A DNA stretch of 64,000 bases. Origin: Eledone cirrhosa. Its lineage: Eukaryota. Made by a program: the position numbers and the translations under genes. Shown here in pieces: positions 12,655 to 26,400 of the stretch. The stretch spans positions 198,648,001 to 198,712,000 of the forward strand of contig OZ024741.1 of the NCBI GenBank assembly GCA_964016885.1, given 5' to 3'. The notes beneath the pieces were generated by a model. The model did not search any database, was not told the origin of the DNA, and saw nothing but the letters and a program-made list of their open reading frames with translations. Position 1 is the first letter of the stretch, and the number at the start of each line of letters is the position of its first letter.

Positions 12655-13319
12655 GTTGGAAGTTCTCACCATTGTCTTGTCAAGACAACGATGATAAATG
12701 TACATTCCATTTGACCTGTGACCTCAACCTCTTGGGAGACGATAACCATAGAGCTAACCATAAACCTCATATATCCATCCTTCATTAACCTCATATATCC
12801 ATCCTTTTAACTTTAGCACTTATTATAAATACAAGGAGTTAGGGAACCAAAAGGTCAGACACGAAGCGACGGTCAACAAGATAAGCGATGTAGCATCAGT
12901 AGACCTTTCACTCTATCTTTCTCCTGGCCCTTACTGGTTTACCTCCTCGGCCACCGAAATAGCCAGACAGCCAGCCATGCCTGCCTGACAGATTGACCAC
13001 TACTACTAAGACAATAACGTATACTAAGAAAAGGCACACACACATAGTAAGTTCATATTGTACACATTATACTCTCAACCTATCTTTCCTGCCATATTGT
13101 ATCTGCAAGACACAACACAACTTATATACTATATCGTATTCTCTGATACATGCATTCATGTAGCTCGAAGAGCTACCAATTTAATGTACGGATATTTTCA
13201 TGTCATCAATTCTATTATTCGATGTTCAAATTGAATATTGTTATTATAAAATAAACATTGTTAACAACTCAATCATGGCATTATTCTTTTCATCAAAACA
13301 CCCATCAAAAGAATACAAC
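12655..13319 (+). mobile_element. Solo-LTR candidate (665 bp)
   Basis: 5-bp TSD CTATC (12650-12654 / 13320-13324), terminal IR GTTGGA...TACAAC, internal TATAAAT and AATAAA. Confidence 0.5.
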
Positions 13320-14571
13320 CTATCCAGTACACCTATATTAGTAATCGTCATTAGCACTCTTAGAGGTTTGTGGATTGGCAGAGTTGTTAAGCATCGAACA
13401 AATGCTAAGCAGTATTTGTTCCGGCTCTTTAAGTTCTGAGTTCAAATCCCGTGGAGGCCAATTTTGCCTTTCATCTTTCCAAGGACGAAATAAAGTATCT
13501 GTCAATTACTGATGTCAATATAATAGACTTTCTCTTGCTCCCAAATTGTTGGTTTTGTACCGATATTAGAAGCAATTATTAGCACTCTTGTTTCCGAAGG
13601 CCGTGTATTAGGATTCTCTAAACCTACAGACTTTACAATTACGTTTCCTTTTGAACCTCATTTACTATATTTATTTGCTTTGTATATAAAAATACACATG
13701 AAATTGTTGAGTAAAAACATTTTTATTTTGTATTTTGCTTTTAATTTGCTGAAATATGAAATAACAAATGCGAGGGAGATGTGTCAAGTGTAACATACAT
13801 CAACACAACAAAGAGATTAGAAGTAATATTTTTTCTATTTATTTGTCCTGTACCACTTGACAAGTTCGTGAAACATTAACTGTGTACAGCTACAGAGAGA
13901 CTTCTTCTTATTTATTTATTTATTTGTTTGTTTATTTATTTTTGGCATTTACTGTATAAGTGGGCGTAAATAGATCTCAGCGTAGAAATTCTAAGTATTT
14001 CTGTCTTTTAACAGTTGTAATGACGTTTCAGCGTAATACGTAGGTTCCAAATATATTTTCAAGATCAACATACGTAAGTACAGCAACCTACTGTAACGCC
14101 GCTACAAATAGATATGTATCGCATTGTGTTATGAATCGGAAATCGGGGGTGTATTACGTAGTATATGTTGTTTTAATGGTTGCGGTGTAACATAACTGAG
14201 TCTTGAGAAAAATAGGTAGACATGATAATAGAATGGCAGTCAACGATCACGCTGTACTTCCAGGCTACATAGTACTCAACAAAGATTTCTGAATTCTTCT
14301 GCAAACACAAAAGTAAAAATCTGACGGAGCCAGTAAGGGCGTCAGTACAGTTCGTATCTGTCAACTTTGAAGGGCGGTGGATTGGCAGAATCGCTATCTA
14401 GTTAGGATTCTTTACGTACAGAGTTCAAATCTTGCCGAAGTTTAACTTTGCTTTTCATCCAGTACCGATCAAGTATTGAGGGCGATTTAATATATAAAGT
14501 AACTTAGCGGTGATTTGCATTATAATAGAAGACAACATAATCTTTACATTCACTCTGTCCATGCTCTAGAC

Positions 14572-14889
14572 TAGGGGTGTGAAACATATTCCATTGCGGG
14601 CCACTTTTGAACATTGGCACAACTATTAGGGCCATTAATATTTATCAAGTTCTATTCCAAAGATTCACCACAACTTCTTTCCATAACATGGAACTGGGAA
14701 ATTATAACACACATAACCCTATCAGTGGAGCCCTTTAGTGTAGGTCAACTAATAGAAAATTGTATTTCGGTTACGAAAACAATTCTTAACCAGCCTACAA
14801 GGTAAAAATTAAAAACTGTCATCGTGGGCCACTCTGATTGGTCTGGTGGGCCGGATTGTGGTCCGCGGGCCGCCTGTTGCACGCCCCTG
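14572..14889. mobile_element. hAT (Charlie-like) MITE
   Basis: TIRs TAGGGGTGTGAAAC / GTTGCACGCCCCTG, subterminal GCGGGCC repeats, 8-bp TSD CTCTAGAC/CTCTAGCC. Confidence 0.8.
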
Positions 14890-16205
14890 CTCTAGCCACT
14901 TAACAGTTAAATGGCCGATTCAACACAGCTGTAAGCGGATACTATGGAGTGATATAACTCATTGATCGAAAGAACAACAGTTCTGAGTCCAAATCTTACA
15001 ATAATTGTAGCTTGGAGAGGGGGGGAATATGTCAAGGTAACATGCTTATTTTCATTAATTGAAGACTAAGCCTTACAGTTATATCCCTAAGATTTGATAG
15101 AGAGGAAAACGTGGATTAAATCAGCCACCAGTACTTGACAATAAATTTCAACTAAATAATATTTGCAATAAAAACAGAAAAAGAAAAAAATTAAATAATG
15201 TAAGTAGGGGAAAGTGGGAGGAGGGTGGCACACTCTGCACTCCAGTCTAGGCAGTATATCTCAGCTCTGCATCCCGCGGACAAAATGGCGAAGGCATTGC
15301 TAAGGAGACTAACTAGCGATAGCGACACCTACTGCATCTGTCAACGACATTCGCTGCATTACGGGCTTCCTTTCTCAGGTAGGATACATTCCTCCCAATT
15401 TTGCAGTGGCAAAAGTTTCGATTGCAACAGGTACGAACAGGAAGCCGTCGGTCAAGTCGATGTACAAATTGGAAGGGGGGGGGGGTCTAAAATTGATTTC
15501 TAATTTAAGCACAAGGTTATCAAATCTGGAGGAAGGGCAAACTTGATTAAATCAACCCTGGTACTTGACTGGTACTTATTTCATCAACCCCAGAAGGATA
15601 AAAGGCGAAGTTGATCTTGGCGAGATTTAAACTCAGAATGTAAAGAGCCAAAACAAATACCGCAATGGTATTTTATACGACGCTCTACCAATTCTGCCAA
15701 TCCACGATGTGCTCGACATTCACTACACTCTGATTAATTCAATTATTCATGACACAGCTGCCAAAAATCTCTCAAATCATACACCACCGTTTTAAAAATT
15801 GGAAGAACATATTCGCATCGTCACGGGCCTCACTCCCAGGTCAGGTATCTACTCGTCGTTTCTGTAGCGATTTTGATTAATGGGGGCACAATATTATATA
15901 ATGTTATTCTAGACACCTCCAGAGACGAGGTGGTCAAAGCTGGAATAATTTTGATCATAGGTTCACTCAGTCAGTGTTGACCAGGAACTGAATAGCACTA
16001 CCATTATATCATGAGTATGGCTCCACTTGCTAAACGTTACAGCTAAATGCCTTCAAATGAGGCTGTACCACAGGGAAAAAGAAATGACACATTGGCAAAT
16101 GTAATGACATAAAATAAAAATGGGTTGGCCATGGCTGAAATGTCTTTGATCGTCAGTCTGCTCAAACAACCAGTCCTAAACAACCACAACGCTCTATTAT
16201 TTCAC

Positions 16206-16394
16206 GGTGGATTGGCAGTATCGGTAGAGGGTCGGACACCATGCTTTGCAGCAAAGAGTTACGGCCCTTTATGGTCTGAGTTCAAATCCCGCCGAGGTTA
16301 ACTTTGCCTTTCATCCTTATGGGATCGATAAAATAAAGTACCAGTAATACACTGGGATAATTGCTGGCCTTGTCCAAAAGTAGAAACAATTATT
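16206..16394 (+). mobile_element. Full-length tRNA-derived SINE
   Basis: A/B boxes, conserved core and 3' tail; close to the copies at 24860-25030, 32405-32596 and 43520-43706. Confidence 0.85.
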
Positions 16395-16554
16395 TCACAA
16401 TGTAGATCATGGATTTTTAGAACTACAGGTTCCGACCCATTAGTTGGTCGCAAAAGAAAAATATCTACATAAATCATATTGAGTCTTGCCGTGGATTACA
16501 CTAAAAATAAAAATGGAAAAACGCTGACCTAGATAATTGATATAATAACAATGA

Positions 16555-17960
16555 GGTTAGAATGTCTAAGGAAAAAATCGCAGGACAGATTTTATGGGCA
16601 AAGCCAACGAGCAAAGAGACCCTAAGGTAAACCACGAGCAAGATAGTTGGATAACATCCATAACCTCGGTTGGTCTCGCCAGGGTATCAAACTGATTCAT
16701 TTGAAGAAGAAGAAGAAGAAGAAGAAGATTATCAGTATTTTTTTTTTCATTGAAAAATACTTGTGGCTTACGAATAGACAGAAACTGCTTAAGGCCGTCG
16801 GGTAGACTGTATCTGTTTTTCTTGATAGCATACGGTTATGTCAATTCCTTCCAATCACTCCTTTCCATATCAGGTGGTCAGTGCCAACATGTGCATTGAA
16901 GTCTCCCATCATGATATATGACTCAGTCCTAACTACATCTAATGCTGCAGTGACTTCATCAAGGGAGGACCTGTATTCAGACTCCCTGTTTGGTGAATAA
17001 ACTTGCACCACCCACAGAGACCTATCTTTCAGCCTAAGCTACAAGAGACAAACCTCCCTCCTAACGGGATCCAGTCCATAACACATTCTGACAGCCGGGG
17101 GCTTGTGAGTATCGCCACTCCCGTTTGTGTAGTCATTTCTGGCACTACACCTGAATAGTGGAGTTTCCATCCTCCATCCAAGGATCTTTATTGAGGAAAC
17201 CCCGCCTATATCAAGCGGTTAACATCTAGCCTCCTCTACTAATTCCTGCTCCTTACATGTAAGGGTTGTAATGTTCCAGGTTCCAACTGTTATGGTTTTC
17301 TCCCTCTTAGGGGTCTCGAGATACGCAAACTTTGTGCATCCATCGCACGCCTCCCAGGACAGGTCACAGGCCTATCGCTAGTTTTTGCAGCACGGAATGG
17401 GGAATGCAATATATTTTTCGACCCGGGCCCTCTACCTACCTATTTATTTATGTGAACAGGATTCACATGCGCAGCAGGGTTGGAAGTGATATTATGACTG
17501 GCGGATGTAAAATCAGTCGGCTGGAATTCGCTGACCTCATGGTGTTACTTAACTGGACAGAAAGTGATCTTCGACTTGCACTCGATAGGTTTGATGCCGA
17601 GTGCTGCATGGCTGGAATGAAAATCAGTGCTACGAAAACTGTAACACTCACCCTCTCAAGGAAGCCTGCGCAGCGCACACTAGATATAAATGGAGTTTCA
17701 CTGAGGCAGGTAGAGAAGTTCAAGTATCTCGGGGCCGTGTTCACGAGTGATGGAAACGAGAGGCTGAATTAAGTGCAAGAATTTCTGGAGCTGATGCAGT
17801 AATACGCGAAATTCAGCAATCAGTAATCAGACGAAGGGGGGGGGGGGGGTAAAAGCCAAACTCGTGCCAACCCTTAACTATGGTCATGAATCTTGACTAA
17901 TGACTGAAAGAATACGATCGCGAATACAAGCGGCTGGAGATGGTTGCTTCTGGCAGGAGT
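16555..17960. mobile_element. Scrambled RTE LINE pieces (3' end + at 16555-16730; EN part - at 16820-17420; RT part + at 17450-17960)
   Basis: Homology to 8480-8620, the reverse complement of 5340-5960, and 7845-8360 respectively. Confidence 0.7.
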
Positions 17961-17981
17961 GTTGAGGACTCTGCCCCCACG

Positions 17982-17989
<8 letters not shown>

Positions 17990-18024
<35 letters not shown>

Positions 18025-18086
18025 AGAACACAATTTCTTCTTCATCTTCTTCTTCTTCTTCTTCTTCTTCTTCTTCTTCTTCTTCT

Positions 18087-18165
<79 letters not shown>
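17990..18165. repeat. (CT)n/(TTC)n compound microsatellite
   Basis: Directly visible. Confidence 0.95.
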
Positions 18166-18168
<3 letters not shown>

Positions 18169-19316
18169 TTCGTGGTCCATTCGGTTGCAAGCATTTGTAC
18201 AAATTCCCTCGAGGAAAACCTATGAATCCTGGTGTCTTCTTCCCTTTCCCTATTTGTCTCGGAAACCCCGAAAATGTTATAGTAGTTGCTGTATCTCCTC
18301 CAAGCTGCAAATATGAACGACAACCTATAAATTATGCTTAGGATCTGAATAAAAACAGGTTGTTTCAGTTTATCGTTATCTATGTAGGTAGATATTCAAC
18401 TTTTACGTCGAGGTCAGCTTTTCATATATTTTTCTTTTTATTCCGTACAGAAAGGGACTAAACATGCAAGTTTAGGAATAGAAACATGATCTCCATGTGT
18501 AATTGCTGAGAAAATATTTTGTTATATTTATAGGCTTCTTTGGAATGAATTATTAATAAAATGGATAATTAGCATTAATATACTTCAGGATAAGACATGG
18601 GATATAATGGGATAAGATAGCAAATGTTTATGCATTCAGCATTTCGCGGTTACACATGCAACGATGGATTGTATAATATCTATTTGGAGCTATTAGAATG
18701 AATATAACCTAATACCATATTACAGTTTTTGTTTCCCAGTTTGAAGGTAGGAAGAGTTTCGTCCATCGACATTCCAGCAGCAGCAAATATTTTTAAATAT
18801 CTAGCGGCCAGGAATGTGTGTTGGTATACAAAATTTACAGTTATGTATACCGACTCTTATCATCTCAGCTCAGTTTCTCTTCCTGCAATTTATATCCCCG
18901 ACCCAATCGTGAATTGCTTTTTGCACACCTAGACAGACAGACAGACACACAGACACACAGACACACACACATGTCTGATAGTAAAATAAAAAGACATCCT
19001 TGACCTTACCTCAGAAGTGTTTCGAAAGCTACAGCTTATATCTACCTATCTATGAAAACACCCATATATAAATACATACAAAACACACACACATGCTTAA
19101 ATACTTCTTTATCATACATACTCCGAGAGTGTGTTTACATATCCAGCTACTTGAAACATTGTTTATATATACTCTCAGTTCTTGAATAATGCCCCCACCC
19201 CGCTTTTATTCCCCCCCCCCCCGCTTATTACATTTTACTAATCTATCTCGGGCGAAATTTTATTGTAAGTGATTCATATCGATACAGCAGTTGGAGAATC
19301 TAATAATTTTATATTA

Positions 19317-20171
19317 CACTAGCAGAATGGCCCGACGTTGATCGGGATTCTAAACATAGATTGGCATGTTTATGCCTCCTTTCTGAAACAGTACAGAGAA
19401 GTACGGAATACCTCGGCCTGGAGATGGTGTCTACATTTTGAGCTTATAAAAAGAATTCGTCTTAGATTACCAGGGGTTTAACTTAATTGGATGCCTGAGA
19501 GTTAAATTTTCAACCCACGAAAGCCAAGACGATAGGGTTAAGTAAAAAGACATTCGACAAACCAAACATATTTGTTGTGCTATGGTACAATGAAAGCAAT
19601 AGTTCCAAAGCAGTAAGCATATGGGACTGTAGTGGTGGAGAGCATGAAGGAATTTAGTTGGATACTTTTAAGGTTACAGGCCCTAACGCAACCAAAATGC
19701 TAAACAATGCAGTCCCCGGGCAAAAATTTGAAATCTTTTTCAGTCAAGAAAATTTGTGAAATATAAGTAATACATATGAAAAGTTTTTAAAAAAATCGAT
19801 TGGGTACTTCTCGAGTTACAGGTCCTAACCCAACCAAAATGCTTCAAAAAAATCTGTTTTTCGCCTAATGCGGTCCCTGGGGCAAAAAATGAGAAAATCC
19901 TTTTTTGCTCAAAACACTTTAAACGACATAAGTAATGCAAATTTTGAAGAAATCGCCTGGATTATTTTTCCGTTATGCCTCAAAAAAGCCTTTAAAGCCT
20001 AAAATATGCGGTTTTTCGCCTAATACGGTCCCTAGGGCATTGAAAATTTGAAATATGTTTTGCTCACACGGCCATAAGTATTACATGTGCAAAGTTTGGA
20101 AAAAATCGGTTGGGTGGTTCTCGAGTTTTAGGGACAGACAGACAGATATTCTCTGTTTTAGATATATAGAT
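19317..20171 (+). mobile_element. Non-autonomous Helitron/Helentron-like (DINE-1/HINE-type) element
   Basis: Starts ACTAGC followed by the hairpin GCCCGACGTTGATCGGG, has internal tandem modules and (GACA)n near the end, and ends TATATAGAT. Confidence 0.65.
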
Positions 20172-20329
20172 TAAAAAACTATATATGACAAAAAAAAACA
20201 ACAAAAAAATTCCATATATACGAACATACACTATACTATTACCGACCCCCCCCCCGCTCCCCCCCCCCATTATTTGGCACCCGAGAGTATACACACACAC
20301 ATATATATATATATATACAGAGAGAGAGA

Positions 20330-20372
<43 letters not shown>

Positions 20373-20377
<5 letters not shown>

Positions 20378-20615
20378 CGTGACCTAGTGGTAAGGACTTA
20401 CGACCATAAAGTCGTTGTGTGTTGTGTTCTTGAGCTAAACACTTCATCTCACGTTGCTCCAGTATACACAATTGAAAATGAGTACCAGCAATAGCTGGGA
20501 GTTTAACCCTGCGATGGACTGGAGTATTGTACTCTTAGTCGCTTAACGCCATAGAAACTGGGAAAAGCATCGGCCTGGTGAGTTTCCGGGCTCGAGACAG
20601 ACTTTAGACTTTAGA
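20373..20615 (+). mobile_element. Second tRNA-derived SINE family
   Basis: GGCGCGTGACCTAGTGGTAAG head, ttgagctaaacacttcatctcacgttgctccag core, (gacttta)n tail; related copy at 35820-35955 on the minus strand. Confidence 0.65.
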
Positions 20616-21069
20616 TATATATAGGGACAGAGAGAGAGATCAGGATTTTACCAGTTTTATTCTAGTAAGAGTACTAGATACTTGGAATAGTAGAGTCTGA
20701 CTATATTAGAAAGATTCGATAGCTGTCGAAACGGCAAGAACTCAGCTGCCTGGCCCCGTCTCTTTCTTATATACGGACTGGAAAATTTGTTTCGAATTTT
20801 AATTCCGCAAAACCACTATATGCAAAACAAGGCGATCTTATCAGGTGTCATCTGCAGAATTATGTAACGTTGAGCCCAAACATATAATGGAAGCTAGGGA
20901 AAAAGAAAATAGAAAATTCGATTCGGCAGTAGACGGTCCACGAATCTGTGATATATATATATATACAGATATATGGTTTTCTTTTAGTCCATTGAGCGCT
21001 TGCCGCATATCTCGAAAATTGCGTTTCGCTTTGTTTTTGACCACTGCCGAAATTCGATCTCGATGAAAT

Positions 21070-21100
<31 letters not shown>

Positions 21101-21155
21101 ACGTGTGCATACTTACATCTATGTATCAGCTGTGCTAGCGCGAGAAATAAAATTC

Positions 21156-21594
<439 letters not shown>

Positions 21595-22067
21595 TGTATA
21601 TATAGTCTATTTTGCAATACACTGTATGCTTAATTAAAAGCATTTCGAAGACCTTACGCTATTGTTTTAGAGTAGTGACAGTCTCACTTACTCTAAATTT
21701 TCAGCAAACAGGGGAGATAAAGCTGACAGAGTCCTGCTTCGTACTTTTTGGTACTTATCAAAGCTAAGTACTCCACCTGTTTGCTGAAAATCATGAATGT
21801 TTGATTCTTATAGAATTCTAGTAATAATCAGGAACTGATTATACAGAGCGGTTGCCGGTCAAGCAGAAATTGAAAATTAGAGTTGGTGCTCTGAAATAGC
21901 GATATATATATGAATGTATATATAGTGTATTTTGCAATACACTGTATGCTTAATTAAAATTAGAGTAGTGACAGTCTCACTTACTTTAAATTTAAAGTAA
22001 GCATACAATGTATTGCAAAATACACTATATATACATTCATATATATATCGCTATTTCAGAGCACCAA

Positions 22068-22099
<32 letters not shown>

Positions 22100-22286
22100 C
22101 AGTATTTTCCGTTGTGTTGTAATATAAATATTACACACAGTGAAATGACAGTAAATAATAACATTGAAATACTGATTGTCTGCATAACTAATACTTTGTA
22201 GATAGCAGCTGTTTTCAGGTTATGTAACTGTTATAGAAACACGTGTCAATAAATTCCTTTCAACTAAACTGTATCCATTCAAATCT

Positions 22287-22329
<43 letters not shown>

Positions 22330-22886
22330 GAATTTTATTTCTCGCGCTAGCACAGCTGATACATAGATGTAAGTATGCACACGTACACACACATATATAT
22401 ATACACACATATATATACATACACACACATATATACATATACATATGGGTTATATCGAGCATTAATAATTATTTCTACTTTTGGCACAAGGCAAGCAATT
22501 ATCCCAGTGCATTACTGGTACTTTATTTTATCGACCCCGTAAGGATGAAAGGCAAAGTTAACTTCGGCGGGATTTGAACTCAGATCATAAAGGTAACTTT
22601 ATGCGTCAAAACATGGCGTCCGACCCTCTACCAATACTGCCAATCCATAATGTTCTATTCGTTTGTAAACAAACGATTTGAAGCTACCTGTTTGTTCAAC
22701 ACTGGCTTTGAGGAACAAACAACATGTTTCTGGGTCATTATCCTTCATCAGGACTGTATACCTTTGCCAGTCTGTTGAACGGTTGAAAATATATAGTATT
22801 TTCTTAAGTACAAATCGGCTGAATGGCCTCATTTTCATACCGAGCGAGTTACGGCTGGCCTTGCCAATTTTCTCGCATACTTACAT

Positions 22887-22935
<49 letters not shown>

Positions 22936-23159
22936 CAGGTGATTAGAGCCTTCGGATAAAATTATTTGAGGCATTTAGTTACTACCCTTTATGGTCTAAT
23001 TTCAAATCTAACCATGGTCAACCTTGCCTTTATCCTTCTTGGGTCGATAAAATAAAATACCTGTCAAGAACTAAGGTTGATGTAATCTATTTTCCCCTAC
23101 CTGCAAAATGCTGGCTTTGTGCCTAAATTAGAAACCATTAAAGAAGATTACACCAGTAA

Positions 23160-23480
23160 ATTGGCATTTGAAATTTCTATAAGAATGATTTCATTTTGTT
23201 GTTTGACAGACATTGCAAATCATTTGAATGAGGGAGAAGGAAAAAAACCTAATAGCAAACACCTAATACCAGAAATTGAACTATTTGCTAACCTTTACTT
23301 GTAAATCCTGCAGCATCTGCTAAGGCTAAACAAACATTAAAGACGTTTTCGGTCAAAAGCTACACGAGAAAGATCAAATTCTCTGGCTATACTTTTGTAT
23401 CGCAAAAAAGGACAAAATAAATTATTAGTATTGTTGCATAATTTGAATTAGCAAAAGAATTTTCGGTAGATTCTGCATTT
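23160..23480 (+). pseudogene. Highly decayed hAT transposase remnant (C-terminal dimerisation region)
   Basis: FCCLTDIANHLNE, LLVNPAASAKA...LKT and NSLAIL segments resemble the hATC consensus across frameshifts. Confidence 0.4.
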
Positions 23481-26400
23481 TTTTCTTAGAATAGCATTTT
23501 ATAATTGATATCTACTATACATACATAACAAATTTAATCAAAGCTTTCTAAACCTCCCAATCCACAAATTATACAGATTTCGTTCCGTGTTTAATTCCCG
23601 CCGGGGTTAGCTTTGCCTTTCATCCTTTCGAAGTCGATAAAATCAAGCACCAGTAACGCACTGGCGTCGATTTAATCGACTTTCCCCACCCTCCAAATTA
23701 TTGGTCTTGGGTCAATCAGAAACGATGCCTTTTCCGCTCTTGTGGCGGTCGAGATCAACTATTGGTATTAATTGGTATTCCAAGACATAAATTGAAAATC
23801 ATTCACGTTAAGAATAGTTTTGACCAGCACTCTGCATGCTAGCATGTTAACACTAACTTTTAATACCTTCCTTAAAAATGCTGGCTCCTAACTTATATGA
23901 TCTGCATCTAATATCTAATATTATTATATGTAAACAATTATTATTTAATGCTAGATATTATTAGCATTGTCACATTACTGAAGGCTAGATTTCTAGATTC
24001 CCTTTTAACGCATTCCTTTCAATAAATTCTGAGTCCCATCCACCATTAGTAACATGTATGCGTGTGTGCCCGCGAATAAAAACAAAAGAATTACTGAAAA
24101 TGTTTCTTTCTAATGTTCAACTTAGAAGACGTTACGGGTGAGTGTTGTGAACCGTCTCAAACAAACGGAATGTACATTGATGTTGATAAGACAAGAATAA
24201 AATGAGTGTGGAGTGAAATACTCTGAAAATACGTCAGCTTTAATCGAGCATAAGTCAAAGATTAAATAGAGAAAATAAGATGAGGTATGTAAGTTGAGAA
24301 CATATGGATGAGATAGATAAGTTAAGGTTGGCAAGTTGTACAATAGACACGTCTTTCTTAATAGTGTTGTATATTAGTAAAATTATGTTTGCCATTTACC
24401 CTAATCATTATCCTTTTTATCCAGTTAATACGCCAGTTAACGAATTCTATAGCATGAGAAAGAGAAATTAGCCTCAATTAACTCAACTTCGTATAATAAT
24501 GGAAAGAAAAAGGGCGAAGTTCGTTTCAGTAAAGAATAAAACGAAGAAACAAATTAATTCAATAAATCGTATTTTCATGTGAAATTTATTTATTGAAATA
24601 TTGAATACTTTTTTTAAATTCATTGATTTATTTAACTTGTTTGATTCCTTAAATTTATTTGAAATCAATCAGATCTTATTTATCGACTTTTTTTTCTTTC
24701 TTTTATTGCCTTTTTTGTTGTTGTCTGTGACTGCTGGTTAATAATTTTTTCTACTTTTGACACAAGGCCAGCAAATACTCAGTGCATTACTGGTACTTTA
24801 TTTTATCGACCCCGTAAGGATGAAAGGCAAAGTTAACCTCGGCGGGATTGGTTAATAATTGTTTCTACTTTTGGCACAAGGCCAGCAATTACTCAGTACA
24901 TTACTGGTACTTTATTTTATCGACCCCGTAAGGATGAAAGGCAAAGTTAACCTCAGCGGGATTTGAACTCAGACCATAAAGGGCCGTAACTCTTTGCTGC
25001 AAAGCATGGTGTCCGACCCTGCCAATTCACCAGGTCAATATGTAGAGCTAACAGTAAGGACAACAGGGCGTCTGTTTCGTCTTTAAAATACTGTTTCATT
25101 ACACATATTTTTCAACATGAACATTTTTAAGTGCATGTGAATGCTCCTTTCGTTGTTTATAACGGTTCTAACTTAGACTGTTGTTTTATACTCTTCCTTT
25201 CAACATTGCTCATATCCCATTAACTCGACAATAACATCAAACTGAATGGAACGGGCAAGTCTTATCGCAGCATTAGGAAACATTCTATCTTTTCTCGAAC
25301 TCATATGCGACTGTTTCCCCTCGTTGTGCTTCCTAATCTTTTGGTAGTTAGCAATCTGACTGTAAACAATATGTAATTAGGGAGCAGGTCGATACGGAAA
25401 ACCATTTTTTTTTTCAGAAATAAATCATGAAAAAAAATTGTATAACATGGTTTCAGGTTCAGTTCCACTGCGTGGCATCTAGAGCAAGTATTTTCTACTA
25501 TAGTCTCAGGTTAACCAATGCCTTGTGAGGGAAATTTGATAGACGTAAACTGTCTACGTTTGCTGTTTATAACATAACAATTCAGTAAAAAAAAAAAGAG
25601 ACCCTTAAAATAAAGTACCAGATGGATGATGTTTTAGCATGGCCACTGTCTGATGACTGAGGCCAGAATATAAATATCTCAGTTTATTGATGAAAAGATA
25701 ATTCAAAAATCAGTAACATCCATTTTCATTTCATTGCATGCTATTATATAAACTCCGAGGTCAACTTTACCTTTAATCCATTCGAGATCGATAAAAAAAG
25801 TACCAGTTTAATACTGGGGTCGATTATTCCTCTATCTCTTTCTCACTCACTCTATCCTTCTCTGGAAGAAATCTGGTGTATTCAGACCTGGAATAGATTG
25901 AGCTTCACCAGGATTAAAAACGCACTAGAAAGATGGTGCCCCAACTACCTCATGCATGATCCTGTAATCCCTGAAGTAGTTGTAGGGACGCTGCATTGAC
26001 ATAGCGTTTCTTCCAGAGAAGGATAGAGTGAGTGAGAGAATGGAAGTGAGAAAAAGCTAGACTAGTACTTTTTTTATCAACCTCAAATGGATGAAAGGCA
26101 TCAGAGCTGAAATGAATACTGCAAAGCATTCTATCTAATGACTCTGCCAATTCGCTGCCTATACACCAACAGTGAAAGTTCCCCCAATTGTCATTATGCT
26201 TAGTAACAATATATTGATAGAAAATTGGAATGAAATGTAGCTTGCAAACTCCAATAGATGTTCAATAATAGTGAGCATGATTGATAAAGTATCAGTGAAC
26301 TGAGAGAGAAACTAAGCATAAGATGGGTCAGATGCAGTGTACAAGAGAGATTGCAGTGGTCTGGAGGATGACAACTGTATAAGTGCAGGGCACTCAGTCA

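Noticed and set aside
16206-16300. tRNA genes
   Set aside because: The A/B boxes belong to SINE heads; there is no complete cloverleaf.
17884-18341. ER/SL-repeat ORFs
   Set aside because: Artefacts of the (CT)n/(TTC)n microsatellite.
18720-19040. Minus-strand GT-AG mini-intron (19008-18930) and downstream exon
   Set aside because: All three frames stop within ~25 codons; no coding support, and a lncRNA cannot be shown from sequence alone.
20690-20745. Possible third hammerhead (gagt-CTGACTA...GAAAC...actc)
   Set aside because: Core G8 and the UH cleavage site are missing and stem II is incomplete; at most a relic.
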